Shown: one piece after another, positions 12,446 through 25,682 of the stretch | Numbering within the stretch: the stretch's first letter is position 1 | Layout of the letters: each line of letters begins with the position of its first letter | From: Glaucostegus cemiculus | Lineage: Eukaryota | NCBI GenBank assembly: GCA_976551045.1 | Contig: CDPCPM010000063.1 | Coordinates: 21,080,001-21,144,000 of the forward strand | Reading direction: 5' to 3' | DNA: 64,000 bases | Notes under the pieces: generated by a model | The model's input: only the letters and a program-made list of their open reading frames with translations | Told to the model about the DNA's origin: nothing | The model's database searches: none | Translations under genes and position numbers: made by a program

Positions 12446-12904
12446 AAACTTATCAATAAATGTCAAATCTTAAAGAAAGGAAAATAAACCAGTTTTCTCC
12501 AGTGGAGACACGAGACTGCAGTTGCTGAAATCTGTAGCAAAAAACCAAACTGCTGGTCAAGCTCAATGTCCCACCCAGACCTCTTCTGATCTGTAGATGT
12601 CACTTTGCACACAGGTTATTTCTCACCTAAACACCATGACTAACAATAATTCTTGCCATTTTGTATTGCTAACCTGTAATCTCCTCATACAGGGCTAGTG
12701 GATTTAGGCTGAGAGTGGGCAACTATACCACAAACCTAACAATAAATGAAAAGGAAGAAATGGAATAAACAGTAAATAAGAAACTTATCAATAAATGTCA
12801 AATCTTAAAGAAAGGAAAATAAACCAGTTTTCTCCAGTGGAGTCACGAGACTGCAGTTGCTGAAATCTGTAGCAAAAAACCAAACTGCTGGTCAAGCTCA
12901 ATGT
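12446..12904 (+). repeat. 124-bp near-perfect direct repeat (12446-12569 and 12781-12904) around a 211-bp spacer
   Basis: Identical except gagacacg versus gagtcacg. Confidence 0.95.
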
Positions 12905-13052
12905 GTCAGGCAGCATCTGTAGAGGCAGAAGGATAGTCAATATTTTGGGTCGAGACCCCTGCAGGATGCCAAAATGCCAACCATCCTTTAGCCTCCACAG
13001 ATGTTGCCTGACCCACTGAGCTCCTCCAGCAGTTTGTGTTTTGCTCCAGTTG
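12843..13052. mobile_element. Penelope-like short inverted-repeat element
   Basis: Arms caggcagcatctgtagagg and cctccacagatgttgcctga are reverse-complementary; contains gggtcgagaccc. Confidence 0.7.
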
Positions 13053-13626
13053 CTTCGAGTTGTATTCTTCAGACTTTCATAACACAAACACTTCCCATGG
13101 CAAACAGGATTACTTTCATGACAGCTCTAAACTGGAGATTAAATTTCTTAAACAAAAGCAATTAGCTTCCAAAGGACTTCAGTATGCGTATTGCAGTTCT
13201 CAAAAGGGAGACGATGGTCTTGCACAAAGTGATTTTGTCTTTGTTATATTTAGTGGACAGGGTACTTCAAATACAGCTTCACTTTGCTGACAGACTGCTT
13301 TGCTGTCAGCAAATGGAGGAAAATCAGATGAGGAGGAACCTATGGCCATTGCATTTGTTTACCCAAATTTCTGTCAGTTTAAATAGAGATCAAATTGAAT
13401 GGAATAATTAAGTGTGTCCACTCAGAGGATCCAATATGGACAAAGTGTGTTGGATAGTCTTCACAGAACATGAACCCATCTCCCTGTCGCTGCATATCTT
13501 AAAAGCCAAGAGAGAGTGGGCAGGGGATCATACAGGGTATTGTGGCGGACTGTACCGTTCAGGAGAGGTAATCAGAGAGTTGGTAAGGCAAATGATGAGG
13601 TAAGGGTGTCGAGATCTGCCAGATCA

Positions 13627-13806
13627 TCAGAATCAGAATCAGTTTTATTGTCACAACCATATACATACATAGTATGCATAGGAGCAAGATACCATCCTCC
13701 TCAGGTGCTCGTCCCATAAAATAACATAACAACCAACAGAGACACACATACACACTTGATAAAAAACATTAAAAAACATTAAACATTAAAAACTACGGAA
13801 GTTAAA
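13627..13806 (-). mobile_element. Rex1/Babar LINE 3' end with (GATTCT)n tail
   Basis: Near-identical to the reverse complement of 30505-30680. Confidence 0.9.
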
Positions 13807-14168
13807 GCCTGTTATATATTTATGAGATAGTAATGGACACAAAAGAACTTCTTGAAACCCGCACAAGTCTGATTACTCATTCAACGACAAAGGGCTACAC
13901 ATGCTTATTTCAATCTGATTACTGACTCAGGATATGTGCAGCTGACATGCTCTTGACTGAGCAAAGTGATAGCAGGGTAAGTACTAATTATGTCCCACAT
14001 CCCTCTGTTCCCATTGCCTATACAGCTCTTTGTGATATTCAGCTCTCACACAAAGACATAGTGCAGAGAAGTCCATCTCATTGCCTGATTTCAATGCTGA
14101 AGATATCAAATGTGATTTTATTCAGTAGCATCACTACTGAGTTTGTAGCATTAATAGTGCAGTTATAC

Positions 14169-14233
14169 CTTTTGCAGATTTTAAATCTGCAGTTTGAGTT
14201 GTGGCACACACCGGAGTATATGTTTGGCGTGTT
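14169..14233 (-). CDS. Candidate 65-nt exon of unidentified host gene
   Basis: ccctgtttttttctag|AACACG...GCAAAAG|gtataa; two frames are open (NTPNIYSGVCHNSNCRFKICK or TRQTYTPVCATTQTADLKSAK). Confidence 0.45.
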
Positions 14234-14529
14234 CTAGAAAAAAACAGGGCCATCAACTCCCACAAAAGATTGAGCTGATTAATGTAATCAACAAAATAGG
14301 AGCCACAATTGAAAACTTATCAGAAACTAAACTGTATTCAAACTTCATTAAAATAGGATTTGATTAGTTGTGTTTAATAACGTAGCAGTCTACACACTAA
14401 GATTCACTATGTAGGTTATAAAACATTTTGCTGTGTTCATAAAATGTGCAATGGTAGAACTAGCAGTGAAGAAATTTTTATTCCCACATTCCATAACATC
14501 CCAAAATAATAAAAAATCTTTAGTGTTAC

Positions 14530-14561
14530 CTGTAGAGTTGACAAACATGTTTTTGCAGGAT
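14530..14561 (-). CDS. Candidate 32-nt exon of unidentified host gene
   Basis: actgcag|ATCCTGCAAAAACATGTTTGTCAACTCTACAG|gtaaca; phase-compatible with both neighbouring candidates. Confidence 0.4.
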
Positions 14562-14659
14562 CTGCAGTGTCATCAATGCACACGAGGGCCAGATTTACAG
14601 TGTCTCTCAGGATATAGAATTTGCAAGAGGGAATGACGGCTGAACTCCATTGGGAGTTG

Positions 14660-16660
14660 GCAAGGTTGACAAAACTGTACTGAGTGGCATTTAATAAGCT
14701 TTACTGCCAGTAAGTAGTGGAAAGGACATTTCAGCCCAAAAGAGCTCATGGTATTGCAGTAATACATTAACGTAGATGGAAGATTAACAATATAACAGAA
14801 AACAGACCCTGGATTACGTGCCATGTTCAGGTTGGCAAGCTGTACCTGATGGAGTGCCACAGGAATCAGTGTTGAGAACTCAACAATTAACAATTCAGAT
14901 TAATGACTCAGATGAGGTAACTATATTTTGTCATCAGATTTGCTAATACAACAGATATAGCATGGATAACAAATCGAGGAGAATGCAAATGCAGCAGAAG
15001 GATATCTCAGCAGATGGGAGTATATTGTGGGGAAATGTGAGGCTATCCACAATGGTAGAAAGAAAAGCAGAATATTTAAATGGAATATTATAAAATTCTG
15101 CCATACAGAGGAACTTGGGTTTTCCCAGGAAAGAAATACAGAAAGATAGTATGCAGGTGGAACAAAAAAATCAGGAAGGTAAATTAAATATTTGTCTTTA
15201 TTGCAAAGGGGATAGAGAATAGAAATAGGGAAGCCTTGCTATAACTGTGGAGAGCATTATTGAGATCACACCTGGATTATGATGTGCTGTTTTTGTCTCT
15301 ATATTGAGGAAAGGATAAATTATAGGCTAATTTCAAATAACAGGGAGGAACTTGAAAAGATACCAATCACAAGGGATAAAGTATTAGAGAAGCTCATAAG
15401 GATAAAGATGCACAAATCGCCAAGACCTGTTGACTTGCACCCAAGGGTTTTTAAAGGAAGTGGTAGCAGAGATAGTGGACCCATTGGTTGAAAATCTTCA
15501 TAACCAATTAAATTCAGGGAGGGTACCAGAAGATTGGAAAACAGCCAATGTGACTCCTTTGTTCAAAAAGGAAGTCAGAAGGCGGAGGGCCACAGGCTAG
15601 TTAGTTTAACATCTATTATTGGCAAGATGCTAAAGTCAATAATCAAAGAGGAAGTAACTAATTATTTAGGAAAGCTGAATATAATCACACCTAATCAACA
15701 AGGTCAGTAATTTTTGACAAATTCTTTGAAGATGTGACAAGGAGAGTAGATGGAGGGGAACCGATTACTGTTGTGTGTTTAGATTTCTAAAAGGCATTTG
15801 ATAAGGTGCTACGTAAGAGGCTAGTGCATAAATTAAGAGCCCAAGATATTGGAGGAAATATGTTGGGATGGATTGAAAACTGGCTGTCACACAGAAAACG
15901 GAGAGTTTGATAACTGGGTCCTTTTCTTGTTGGAGTGATGTAAATAGGGAAGTACTGCAAAGATTAGCTCCTAGCACTCACTTGTTTACTATTTTCATTA
16001 AATGACCTGGGGAATGAAATGGGAGGTTTCCAAGTTTGCCGATGATATGAAAAGAGGTGGATGGGCATGTTGTGATGAGGACATAGTGATTAGTTTAAAG
16101 TGGGGAAGTGTGAGGTCATGCACTTCATTAAGAGGAATCAAAAGGCAGATTATTACCTAAATGGAGAGAGAGACTGCAAATGAATGAAGTTCAGTGTGAT
16201 CTAAGTGTTCCTGTGCATGATACACAAAAGTTAGCAGGTAGGTCCAACAAGTCATTAAGAAGGGAAACAGCATTTGGTCTTTATTGCAAAAAGGTTAGAG
16301 TTTAAGAAAAAGGAGGTTTTGTTACAGTTGTACAAGGTGTTTATGAGGCCACACCTGAAACACTGTGCACAGTTTTGGTCCCCTTACCTAAAAATTGATA
16401 TGGTAGCATTAGAAGCAGTCCAAATTCACCAGGATAAATCCTGGAATAAGAGATTTGTCCTATAAAGACAGGCTGGACAATTTGGGTTTATATTCCTTGG
16501 AGTCTAGAAGAATGAGGGATAATGCTACTCAAAGTTATTAGAATCTAAGGGGACTTCACAGGGATATTTCCACTAGTGGGAGAGTCACGAACAAGGGGAC
16601 ATAGCTACAAAATAAGGGACTGGCCCTTTGAGGTGCATGAAGATTGTTTCTCTCACAGTC
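14660..16660 (+). mobile_element. Two adjacent decayed CR1 RT fragments
   Basis: KSPRPVDLHPRV, KFADD-like aagtttgccgatgat (16033) and LQLYKVFMRPHLKHCAQFWSP. Confidence 0.8.
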
Positions 16661-16674
16661 GAAGAGATGTACCA

Positions 16675-17640
16675 ACATAGAAATAGACCTTTCAGCCCAC
16701 CACATCCATGCCAACCAGTGGATACCCATTTGCACTAATGCCTTCTCCCAGCATTTGGCACATACTCATCTATGCCTAAGCGATTCAAGTGACTTCTGAA
16801 GCACTGTCAGGAACTCCCCTTCAACCACTCTCTTGGGCAGTGCATTCCAGGTACTAACCACTCTCCAGGTGAAGAAGTCCGTCCCCTTATCCTAAATCTG
16901 TGTCGAGAGTTCTGATATATGTGTATACCCTACCCATGTATAATTTTATGTACCACAATCCCTCTTAACCTCCTCTGCTCCAGGGAGTAAAGACATAACT
17001 TCTCCAGTCTCTCCTCATAATTTAACTGCTCTATCCAGGCAACAACCTGGTGAATCTCCTCTGCACCCTCTCCAGTGCTAACACATCCTTCCTATAGTGT
17101 GATACCCAGATCTGAATGCAATACTCCAGTTGAGACCTAACCAAATTCATAAAGAGCATAACCTCCTTGTTTCTGTATTCAGTGCCCCAACTAATGAAGG
17201 CCAGTATCCCACATGCCTTCCTAACCATGTTATCTATTTGCACTGCCATCTTCAAGGATCTTCAGATTTGCACAAGGTTTCTCTGTTCATCAATACTCCC
17301 CAGAACCCTACCATTTATGGTATATGTCCTTGCCCCATTAACTTTCCCAAAATACATCACACTTAACTGGATTGAACTCCATCTGCCATTTATCAGCCCA
17401 TTTCGCCAACATATTGCTATCTACCATCCACACTATCCAAGATTTACCAATCTTCATGTCATATGCAAACTTACTAATTATGCCTCTGACATGCGCATCT
17501 AAATTATTCACATATATAATAAACAGCAAAGGTCCAACCACCAATCCCTGAAAAATACCACTAGTAACAGGCATCTAATCACTAAAACAACTTTGTACCA
17601 TCACTCCCTGCCACCTATTGCCAGGTCAACTTGCTATTGT
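16675..17640 (-). mobile_element. CR1 3' fragment
   Basis: Minus-strand ORFs contain KFAYDMKIG, WQMEFNPVKC and LEYCIQIW..ERVQRRFTR. Confidence 0.85.
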
Positions 17641-17694
17641 ACTCCAATGCTGCTGATGATGATTTGGTACCCCAGATATCGCTTCAGGACCTTG

Positions 17695-18165
17695 GAATTC
17701 AGGTACGTGGTTCCTGAAAGTGGAGTCACAGGCAGGCAGGGTGGTGAAGGTGGTTTTTGCCACACTGGTCATCATCAATCAAGGTACTGAGTATAGACGT
17801 TGGGAGGTTACATTGCAGTTGTACAAGACATTAGAGAGGCCACACTTGGAGTATTGCATTCAGTTTTGGTCACCTTGCTATAGGAAGGATGCTATTAAAC
17901 TGGAAAGAGTGCATAAAAGATTTACAAGGATGTTGCCAGGCTTAGTTATAAGGAGAAGTTGAGCAAGCTAAGACTATTTTCCTTGGAGTGTAGGAAACTG
18001 AAGAGTGATCTTATAGAGATGTAAAATCATGAGAGGATAAATAGGGTGAATGCACTCAATCTTTTTCCCAGGATTAGGGAATCAAGAACTAGAGGGAATA
18101 AGTTTAGGGGAAAAATTTAATAGTAACTTAAGGGGCAACTTTTTTTTTACACAGAGTGTGGTACA
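17695..18165 (+). mobile_element. CR1 RT C-terminal fragment
   Basis: LQLYKTLERPHLEYCIQFWSP..ERVHKRFTRMLPG. Confidence 0.85.
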
Positions 18166-18179
18166 TACAGGATTTACAT

Positions 18180-19395
18180 TTGCACTCCAGACGTGAAGTA
18201 GAGCTCCAGTACCACAAAGGGGGCTCCAATGCCTCCAAGTACAATCTAGTACTCCAGTCTGGAGCCCAGCACACAGGCAGCACCACAGGACTCTAGCTGG
18301 TGTACACTATTCTAGCCTGAGTTCTACCACTCCACTGAGTGCTTCAGAACTTGAGCCAGTGGTTCAGTACCCTAAAATGAGCTCCAGTATTCCATATCAA
18401 GTAATGCAGACAGGGCACCAATGCTCTAGATTAAGCACCATATTCCAGACTATTCACCAGCACTCTCATTTGAATTCCAGTATCTCAGACTATGCTCCAG
18501 CACCCCTGAGAATGTTATAGTATTGCAGAGAGAGCTCCAGTGTCCCAGAGAGGGTTCCAGCTGCCATCCTTACTCCAGTGCTCCAGGTCATGTCCCACCA
18601 GCAAAGACTGAGGTCAGATGAGTACTCCAGACTTGATGCCAGTACTATAGTCAGTAATTCAGCACCATAGCCATATTCCAGAAAACCATCCAATGATGTA
18701 ATACTTCATCTAGTGCTTCCCCTCTCCAAATGGTGACGTAAATGGCCAGCTAATTCTCCAACTCTTCAACCATTGCTCCAGAATTCCAACCAAGTGCACT
18801 GGTACTCCAAAGTGTGGCCTAATTTTCTCAATATAACTTAAGACAGGACTCCAATACCTCAGGTTATGTTCCACTAAGTCTAACATTGCTCCAGGACTCC
18901 AGCCGGTGCTCCAGCACACCTGCTGGTGCTCCAAGGTTCTACCCAGAGCTCCAGACACCACTGCAGCACTCTGCATTCTGGAGCTCTAACCAATGTTCCA
19001 GTGCTCCAGGCGGTACTCCAGTTTCTCAAAATTTGCTGCAGTATTCCAGTCAATGCAACAATAGACGGGGTTACAATACCCCACATTATTCTCCAGCATT
19101 TCAGTACACCCAAGTGTGCTCCAGTATCCCAGATAATGCTGAAGCATGCAGAAATATGCAACAATATTCCAGAGTCTGCGCCAGCATTGCAGACTGCTCT
19201 GCTGTAATCATGTGCTCCAGCCTGTCCTCCAGGAGCACAGACTGCAGCTCTTATATTTCAGAACATGCGGCAATCCTCCAGACATTGATCCAGTATGCCC
19301 TCCAGTGCTCCAGCATGGTAGATGTTGCTCTAACATCACAGTCTGTGCTCCAGAGCTCCAGCATGTACACGTTTGTCATCCAGTACTGCAACATG
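18180..19395 (+). repeat. Degenerate 20-bp minisatellite (same family as 4640-5620)
   Basis: Recurrent (g)ctccagta(c/t)(c/t)ccaga motifs at ~20-bp spacing, e.g. gtgtgctccagtatcccaga near 19114. Confidence 0.75.
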
Positions 19396-19399
19396 TCAC

Positions 19400-22300
19400 A
19401 GAGTCACACAGCACACAAACAGGCCCATCAGCCTGCCATGTCCATGCCAACCACCAACTACTTCTCCACCCTAATCCCATTTACCAGCACTCAGTCTGTA
19501 GCCTTCAACACCTTGGCAATTGAAGTACTCGCCTAAATACTTCTTCAGTGTTGTGAGAGTCTCTGCTTTCACCACTCACTCAGGCACTGTGTTTCAGATT
19601 CCAACCACCATCTGGAGTAAAAGAGTCCTTCCTCAGATCCCCTTTAGACTGCTTACACTAAAACTATGCCCTCTAATTTTAGATGCCCGTGCCATGAGGA
19701 GAGGTTTCTTACTATCTACCCTATTTATACACCTCATAATTTTTATAGTCTTTCAGGTCATCCCTCAGCCTTCTCTGCTTTATCCAGTCTCTCCTCATAC
19801 TGAAATGCTCATCACCAGCAACATCCAGGTGATTCTCATCTGCTCCCTCTCCAATGCAATCAAGTCCTTCCATCTGTGTGGTGACCAGAACTGTACACAA
19901 TACCCCAGCTGTGGCCCAACCAATGTTTTATAAAGTTGTGCCATAACCTCCTTACTCAAGTATGTTATAAGCCTTCTTCACCACCTTATCTACTTGTATT
20001 GCCACCTTCAGGAAACCTTGGACTTGCACAATATGGTTCCTCTGTTTCCCGATATTCTCTTGGGCCCTACCATTCATTGCGTATGTCCTACCCTTACTAG
20101 TCTTCCCAAAATATATCACCTTCCACTTATCAGGATTAAATTCCACCTGCCATTGCTCTACACAGCTTACCAACTGAACAACATCATCCTGTAGCCTAGC
20201 ACAATACTCAATAAGCAAAAACAATTATAGCATCATCTGCAAATTTACTAATTGTGGCTCCTATATTTATTTCCAAATCATTACTGCATGTAGCAAAACT
20301 TAAGAGACACATCACAGATCCCTGTTGTACACCACTGTCATAGGGTTCTGATCACAAAAACAACCCTCCTATCATCACCCTCTGCCTCCAATTACCAAAA
20401 CAATTTTGGATCCAATTTACAAATTTGCCTTGGATCCCAAAGGCTCTAAATTTCTAGACTAATTTCCCATGGGAAATTGTCAAAAGTCTTAGTGAAGTAC
20501 ATGTAGATCACATCAACCACATTCCCCCCCAATAAATTTTGTTACTACTTTGAAAAGTTCAATCAAATTGGTCAGACAGGATATCTCCCAAACAAGGCCA
20601 GGATGACTATCCCTCATCAGTCCCTGACTTTCCAAATGTAGGTTAGTCTCCATTTTTTTCCAAATCCTTCACTACCACTAACATCAGACTCACAGGCTTG
20701 TACTTACCTGGCTTATCCTTGCTGCTTATTTTGAATAAAGGTCCACATCCAGCACCAGCAAAGATCTAAAAATCTCTATCAGGGCCCCAAGCATCTCCTT
20801 CCTTGTGTCCCATTAACATCAGGCCCTAGGGATTTATCTATCTTGAACGGACATGTAACACAGATAGTTCTGCTATAACGCGACAGTTGCGTTCCTAAGA
20901 AATCTTGTGTCATAGAACATAGTGTTGTAAGAACAATTGGGGAAAAAGGGGGTTGGGGCTAGAGAGTTTCAGACTTGCAATGAAAGTTATTTTTCCTGCA
21001 GGGTTTTCAAAATTAAATGTGTTCTTAATAGCTATCAGCTTATGCTGTTATTGCAAGCTAAAAAATACTGAAGACTGTATCTTACATTGTTTAATGAAGT
21101 ATCCTTGCACAAGAGTCAATAGAAGCAATTGCTTGTCAATTTCCAATGCCCCCCCCCGTGAAACCAACAGCCTGTATTCTTGAGAATTAAGGTGTCTGAT
21201 TACTGCAGGGAAGTTACATGTAAATAGTCTTTTTCTCAATACTTTTTTTCCCCTAAGACAGCTTTTGTTCCTGCTTGTCAAATTCCAAAGTAACTCTTAA
21301 TCGCATTATAACCAATTCAGCCCATATAATGCAAATAGTTTTCCCTAATTCATCAATAGTCTTATATCTAATTCGCATTATGGAAACAGGCATTATATCA
21401 GAACTACCTGTAACTTTTCCTCTTCAATGGTACTTTGTTCTACAATTCCACCACACACACCCTCCCTGAATTCACTAACCACTCTGTTCTTCTTCTTATG
21501 AATACAGCTGAGAAGTATTAATTTAAAACCTCACCTGTGTCCTCTAGTTCCATACAGATTGCCCCTTTGGTCCCCAATGGACCCTATTCTCTTCTTGGTT
21601 ATGCTCTTGCCCTTAATATAAAATGCTTTGGGACTTCCCTTAATCTTGCATACCAATGATATCCCCTTGATGCCCTCCTAATTTCTTTAAGTACCCCCTA
21701 TAATCCTGAAGGGCCTTTCAGTTCTCTATAATTGCCATATGCTTCCTTTTGTTTTCTTTGTGTAGCCTTCTATATTGCTTGAATCCAGGAATCCTGGTTT
21801 CCTTGGTCACATCTAAAATCAATGCAAGTTAGCCTTCCATTCCTCTCCTGTGTTTCATGATGCCTACATCTACTCTGCCTATTGGACTGACTCAGGTTTT
21901 CCTCTGGATTTGACTGTACTGACCTATCCCACACACAACTCAGTGTCTCCTGCTCTGCCAAATTAGTTTAACTGCCCCCACCCTCCCAACTACTTCCCCC
22001 CCACCCCCACCAACACTAACAAACTTCCCAGAAGGATGTTGGACCCATTCTTCAGGTGCATCTTGTTCAGCTCGTACAAGTCCCACCTTCCCCACAAACA
22101 GTCCCAGTGATCCAGAAAACTAAAGTCCTCCCTCCTACACCATCCCTTTAGCCACACATTCATCTGATTTATCCTCCTATTCCTAAATTCACCAGCATGT
22201 GGAATTGGAAGTAATCCAGAGATTATCTCCTCAATCCTAGCCTCCTAACTTCAGATTTGTAGTTGCACCAAAGTGCCTCCAGTTCACACTCAAGTTCTGA

Positions 22301-22960
22301 GACCTGCTGCTCAAACTGGAGACTCCCACTGCAGATATAATCACCCAAACTACAAGGAATATTTCAGAATTTCCACATGCTGTGGGCTGCATAACGCACA
22401 GGACTGAGCTCATCTGCCTTACTCGTAATTTAGAGAGGGTACTATGAAATGTAATCCAATCTCCATGCCCAAAATTTGAACTATAAAATAAGTGAAAAAG
22501 ATTGCCGACCACCTACCAGACCAACACCAATGTCACACTAGCCAATCAAAGGCCAATTTTGAGAAGTCCTCGCAGATCTTTCTCACTAAAGCCTTCTCAT
22601 TCACTGAAGCCTGCACTCTGAAACCACTACATTCCAAGATCCACTGCAAAACACCACGCTGCCTCCCTTTTGAAATACTCAAACAGTGCAAGTCCAGTCA
22701 ACTAAAATTGAATAATCTCAGTTGAAAAGGCCACAACTACAATGAGAAAAGGTGGTCCAAAAGGAACCTTGCCTACCCCCTCATCTGGAACTGCAAGCTT
22801 CAGCTAAAAAAAACAACCAGCTAGAATTTAACTATAAAAGTTACTAGCTTTGGCTAATTTAGGATGAACTTAATGAAGTAACGTACCCTCACATTCATTC
22901 ACCAAAGCCCACACTCTGAGTCAACTAAGTTTCAAGATCCACTGCAAAAATATATCAGAG
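19400..22960 (-). mobile_element. Decayed CR1 (3' tail, RT, ORF1 and 5'UTR remnants), interrupted by a MITE
   Basis: Minus-strand WQVEFNPDKW RT segment; ORF1-like remnant near 22000-22400; duplicated 5'UTR-like block (22580-22650 and 22890-22950). Confidence 0.7.
20861..21410. mobile_element. Tc1/mariner Tigger-like MITE (550 bp)
   Basis: Terminal inverted repeats cagatagttctgctataacg and (reverse complement) caggtagttctgatataatg; TA follows the right end and CA precedes the left end. Confidence 0.8.
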
Positions 22961-22969
22961 ACCTGTACA

Positions 22970-24200
22970 ATCTAGATAGGTCTCCAATAATCTACAATAT
23001 GCATCAGTAATCCACACTACACACCTGGTTGAACTCTTGCAGCCGACACTCTACTCCATCATCACAGTTATAGCTCCAATGCTCAGACTCGTCTCGAGTG
23101 TCCCCATCAGGCTTCAGTACTGTACTCCAATAATCCAGATTATGGCACCATTACCCCAGATGGTAGTCAGTACAGTGCTATAATGAATCAGACCAGCTTT
23201 CAGTACTCCAGAGAGTACTCCATTGTGTTTAAATATTAGATAACCATATCAATTGGGAAGACTTAGAAAACTATGGACCAAGTGCTGGTAAATGGTATTA
23301 CTGCAGATGGATACATAATGGTTAGCATGGACATGGTCGACTGGAGAGCAATCCAGAAAGTATTGCAGGTGAGAGGGAATAAATTGGAGGACCAAAGGAA
23401 AATAAGGAAAGTGGAAATAGGACTGATGGGATTGCTCTTCATGAGAACAGGCATTGACCCAATTGCTGAATGCCCTCCTCAGTACCACAATAAATGAGTG
23501 GTGCAACAACTTGTGCTCAGCTATTACAGGCTGTGCTCTTGTAATCCAAACTACACTCTAGTTTACAGATTGTGATGTGTGTTCCAGATTGTGGTCCAGT
23601 GCTCAAGCCTGTATTCTGCCATCTTGCACTGTACTGGGGCACAGGCTGGAGTAGGAGAGCACAGTCTGTAGTACCTGAGAACAGGCTGATGAATTGCTCA
23701 AGCACAGTCAGCAGAATTGAGGCTTGTTCTGGGGTAATGAGACACAGGCAGGAGGACTGGCATGCAGCCTGTGGAAGCAGAGGACTGTCCAGAGTATGGA
23801 GAATAATTTAAGGTTCTGGAACATAGTCTCAGAAAATGGAGCACAGTCAGTTTGTTGAAGCATGGTCTGGAGAAGGGGATGTGGTCTGTACTATTTATAA
23901 ACCTTCTGGAGTACCAGACACATTCTAGAGTACTGGAGTGCATTCTAGGTTACCGGAGCATAATCTGGAGTACCACAGCAAAGCATGGACAACTATTCAG
24001 AAATGTTGGCAGATGCATTACAACACACCCTGAATTACTGATTTAAAGGCGGGGAAATTAATGCACAGTCTGGGTATGGGATAAAAGTCTGAGGTACTGG
24101 AGGTCAGAACATGAAGAAACATTAGAGATTGTGATTCAGTATCTCTGACAGTGCTTCAGTACTCCAGATCATATACCAGCATTCTACACTGGCCTCTGAT
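22970..24200. repeat. 20-bp minisatellite block with internal orientation switch near 23630; old SINE tail inserted at 23270-23490
   Basis: ctccagta-type units before ~23625; actggagcacagtctg-type (reverse) units from 23630 to ~24105. Confidence 0.7.
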
Positions 24201-24718
24201 AATTGTGGAGATGGAATTACTGAATATATTCAAAGTGGAAACTGACAGAAATTTGGATTGTAAAGGAGTTAAGGGATATGCCAGGGAAAGTGGTGTTGAG
24301 GCCAAGCTTGGCAGGGCGATCTGAAGGGTAAATTATCTTTACTCCTGCTCCTGATAGATAAAGATTATAGGCAAAATGCAAATTAAAACATTCAAATTCT
24401 TGCTTTTTTTTAGTTGTTTTTCTAATAATTTCAATTATTTCTTATTTTCACCATTAACTTCAAAATGGCACAGTGTTCTGACAGACTTCTCCCATAACTT
24501 TCATATCTCATAAGGAAAAGTCTTCTTCACAGCCTTATCCCACCTATTCATTTTGAGTGGCACAGCAGAATAAAGAGGGAAGAACTGGGACCACCTCCAA
24601 GATTCTCTGTACTGGAATTTTCTGAGCCCTGGTCTTTAAATTGTTGTCTGGGGTAACTGGTATGAGGAAACCTGGGGAGTCAGGTTACCCACAGTCACCT
24701 CATTAAAACTAATAGAAG

Positions 24719-25435
24719 TCAGAATCAGAATCAGTTTTATTGTCACAACCATATACATACATAGTATGCATAGGAGCAAGATACCGTCCTCCTCAGGTGC
24801 TTGTCCCATTAAATAACAAACAGCAGAGACACACAGACACACTGAACAAAAAAAACATTAAAAACTATGGAAGTTTAAATTAAATTAAATACAGCAGGTT
24901 AAATTAAATACGGTTGGTAATTAAATAAATAGTTATTAAAGTGAACGGGCTGGTGGCGGGCATTTAAAGTGCTGGTGCATTTCTGTGCACCTAGCATCTC
25001 TTAGTGTTAACAAGGAAGATGGAGGAATGAGAGAGTTCGCAGTTCTGATGGCTTGCGGAAAGAAGCTATTGCTCAGCCTGGTCGTTCTCGCCCTGATACA
25101 TTTGAGCCTCCTCCCAGATGGCAAAATTGTAGAGAGATGATGGGAGGGGTGAGAAGGATCCGCCATTATATTTTTGGTCTTCCTAACACAACGGTCCTTG
25201 TAGATGTCTGCGATGGATGGAAGAGAGACACCTATGATCCTCTCCGCAGCTCTAACTAACCACTGGAGGGACTTCCGCCCAGCAGCTGAGCAGCTTCCAA
25301 ACCAAACAGTGATACATTGGGTTAAGATGCTCTCAATGGTCCTTCTATAGAAAGTTTTCATAACTGAGGGATGGGAGTTCGCTTTCCTCAGTCTCCGCAA
25401 GAAGTAGAGGCGTTTCTGGGCTTTCTTCATGAGGG
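24719..25435 (-). mobile_element. Rex1/Babar LINE, 5'-truncated
   Basis: ORF 24936-25430 (AQKRLYFLRRLRK..ESILTQCITVWFGSC); (GATTCT)n tail. Confidence 0.92.
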
Positions 25436-25509
25436 AACGAACTTAAGGATTCAAGAAAGGATTGGCATTGGGCACTTAGGATGGGCAAGTGGAGATGAGG
25501 CTTGTCAAG

Positions 25510-25682
25510 GAGCAAACAAGATGCTGGAGGGACTCAGCAGGTGATGCAGCACCAGTGGAGGAAAATGGACAGACAACGTTTCGGGTCTCCCACTGGAGAC
25601 AGATGCTGCCTGACTCACTGAGTTCCTCCAGCATCTTGTTTGTTGCTACAGATTCCAGTATCTGCAGTCTTTTGTGTCTCCA
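25510..25682. mobile_element. Penelope-like inverted-repeat element
   Basis: Arms agcaaacaagatgctggagggactcagc and tgagttcctccagcatcttgtttgtt. Confidence 0.7.

Noticed and set aside
16675-18165. Single twin-primed inverted CR1
   Set aside because: The two opposing pieces cover the same RT region and differ substantially, so they are more likely independent insertions.
18710-19536. Stacked ORFs up to 216 aa
   Set aside because: Same 20-bp repeat artefact, running into a CR1 tail.
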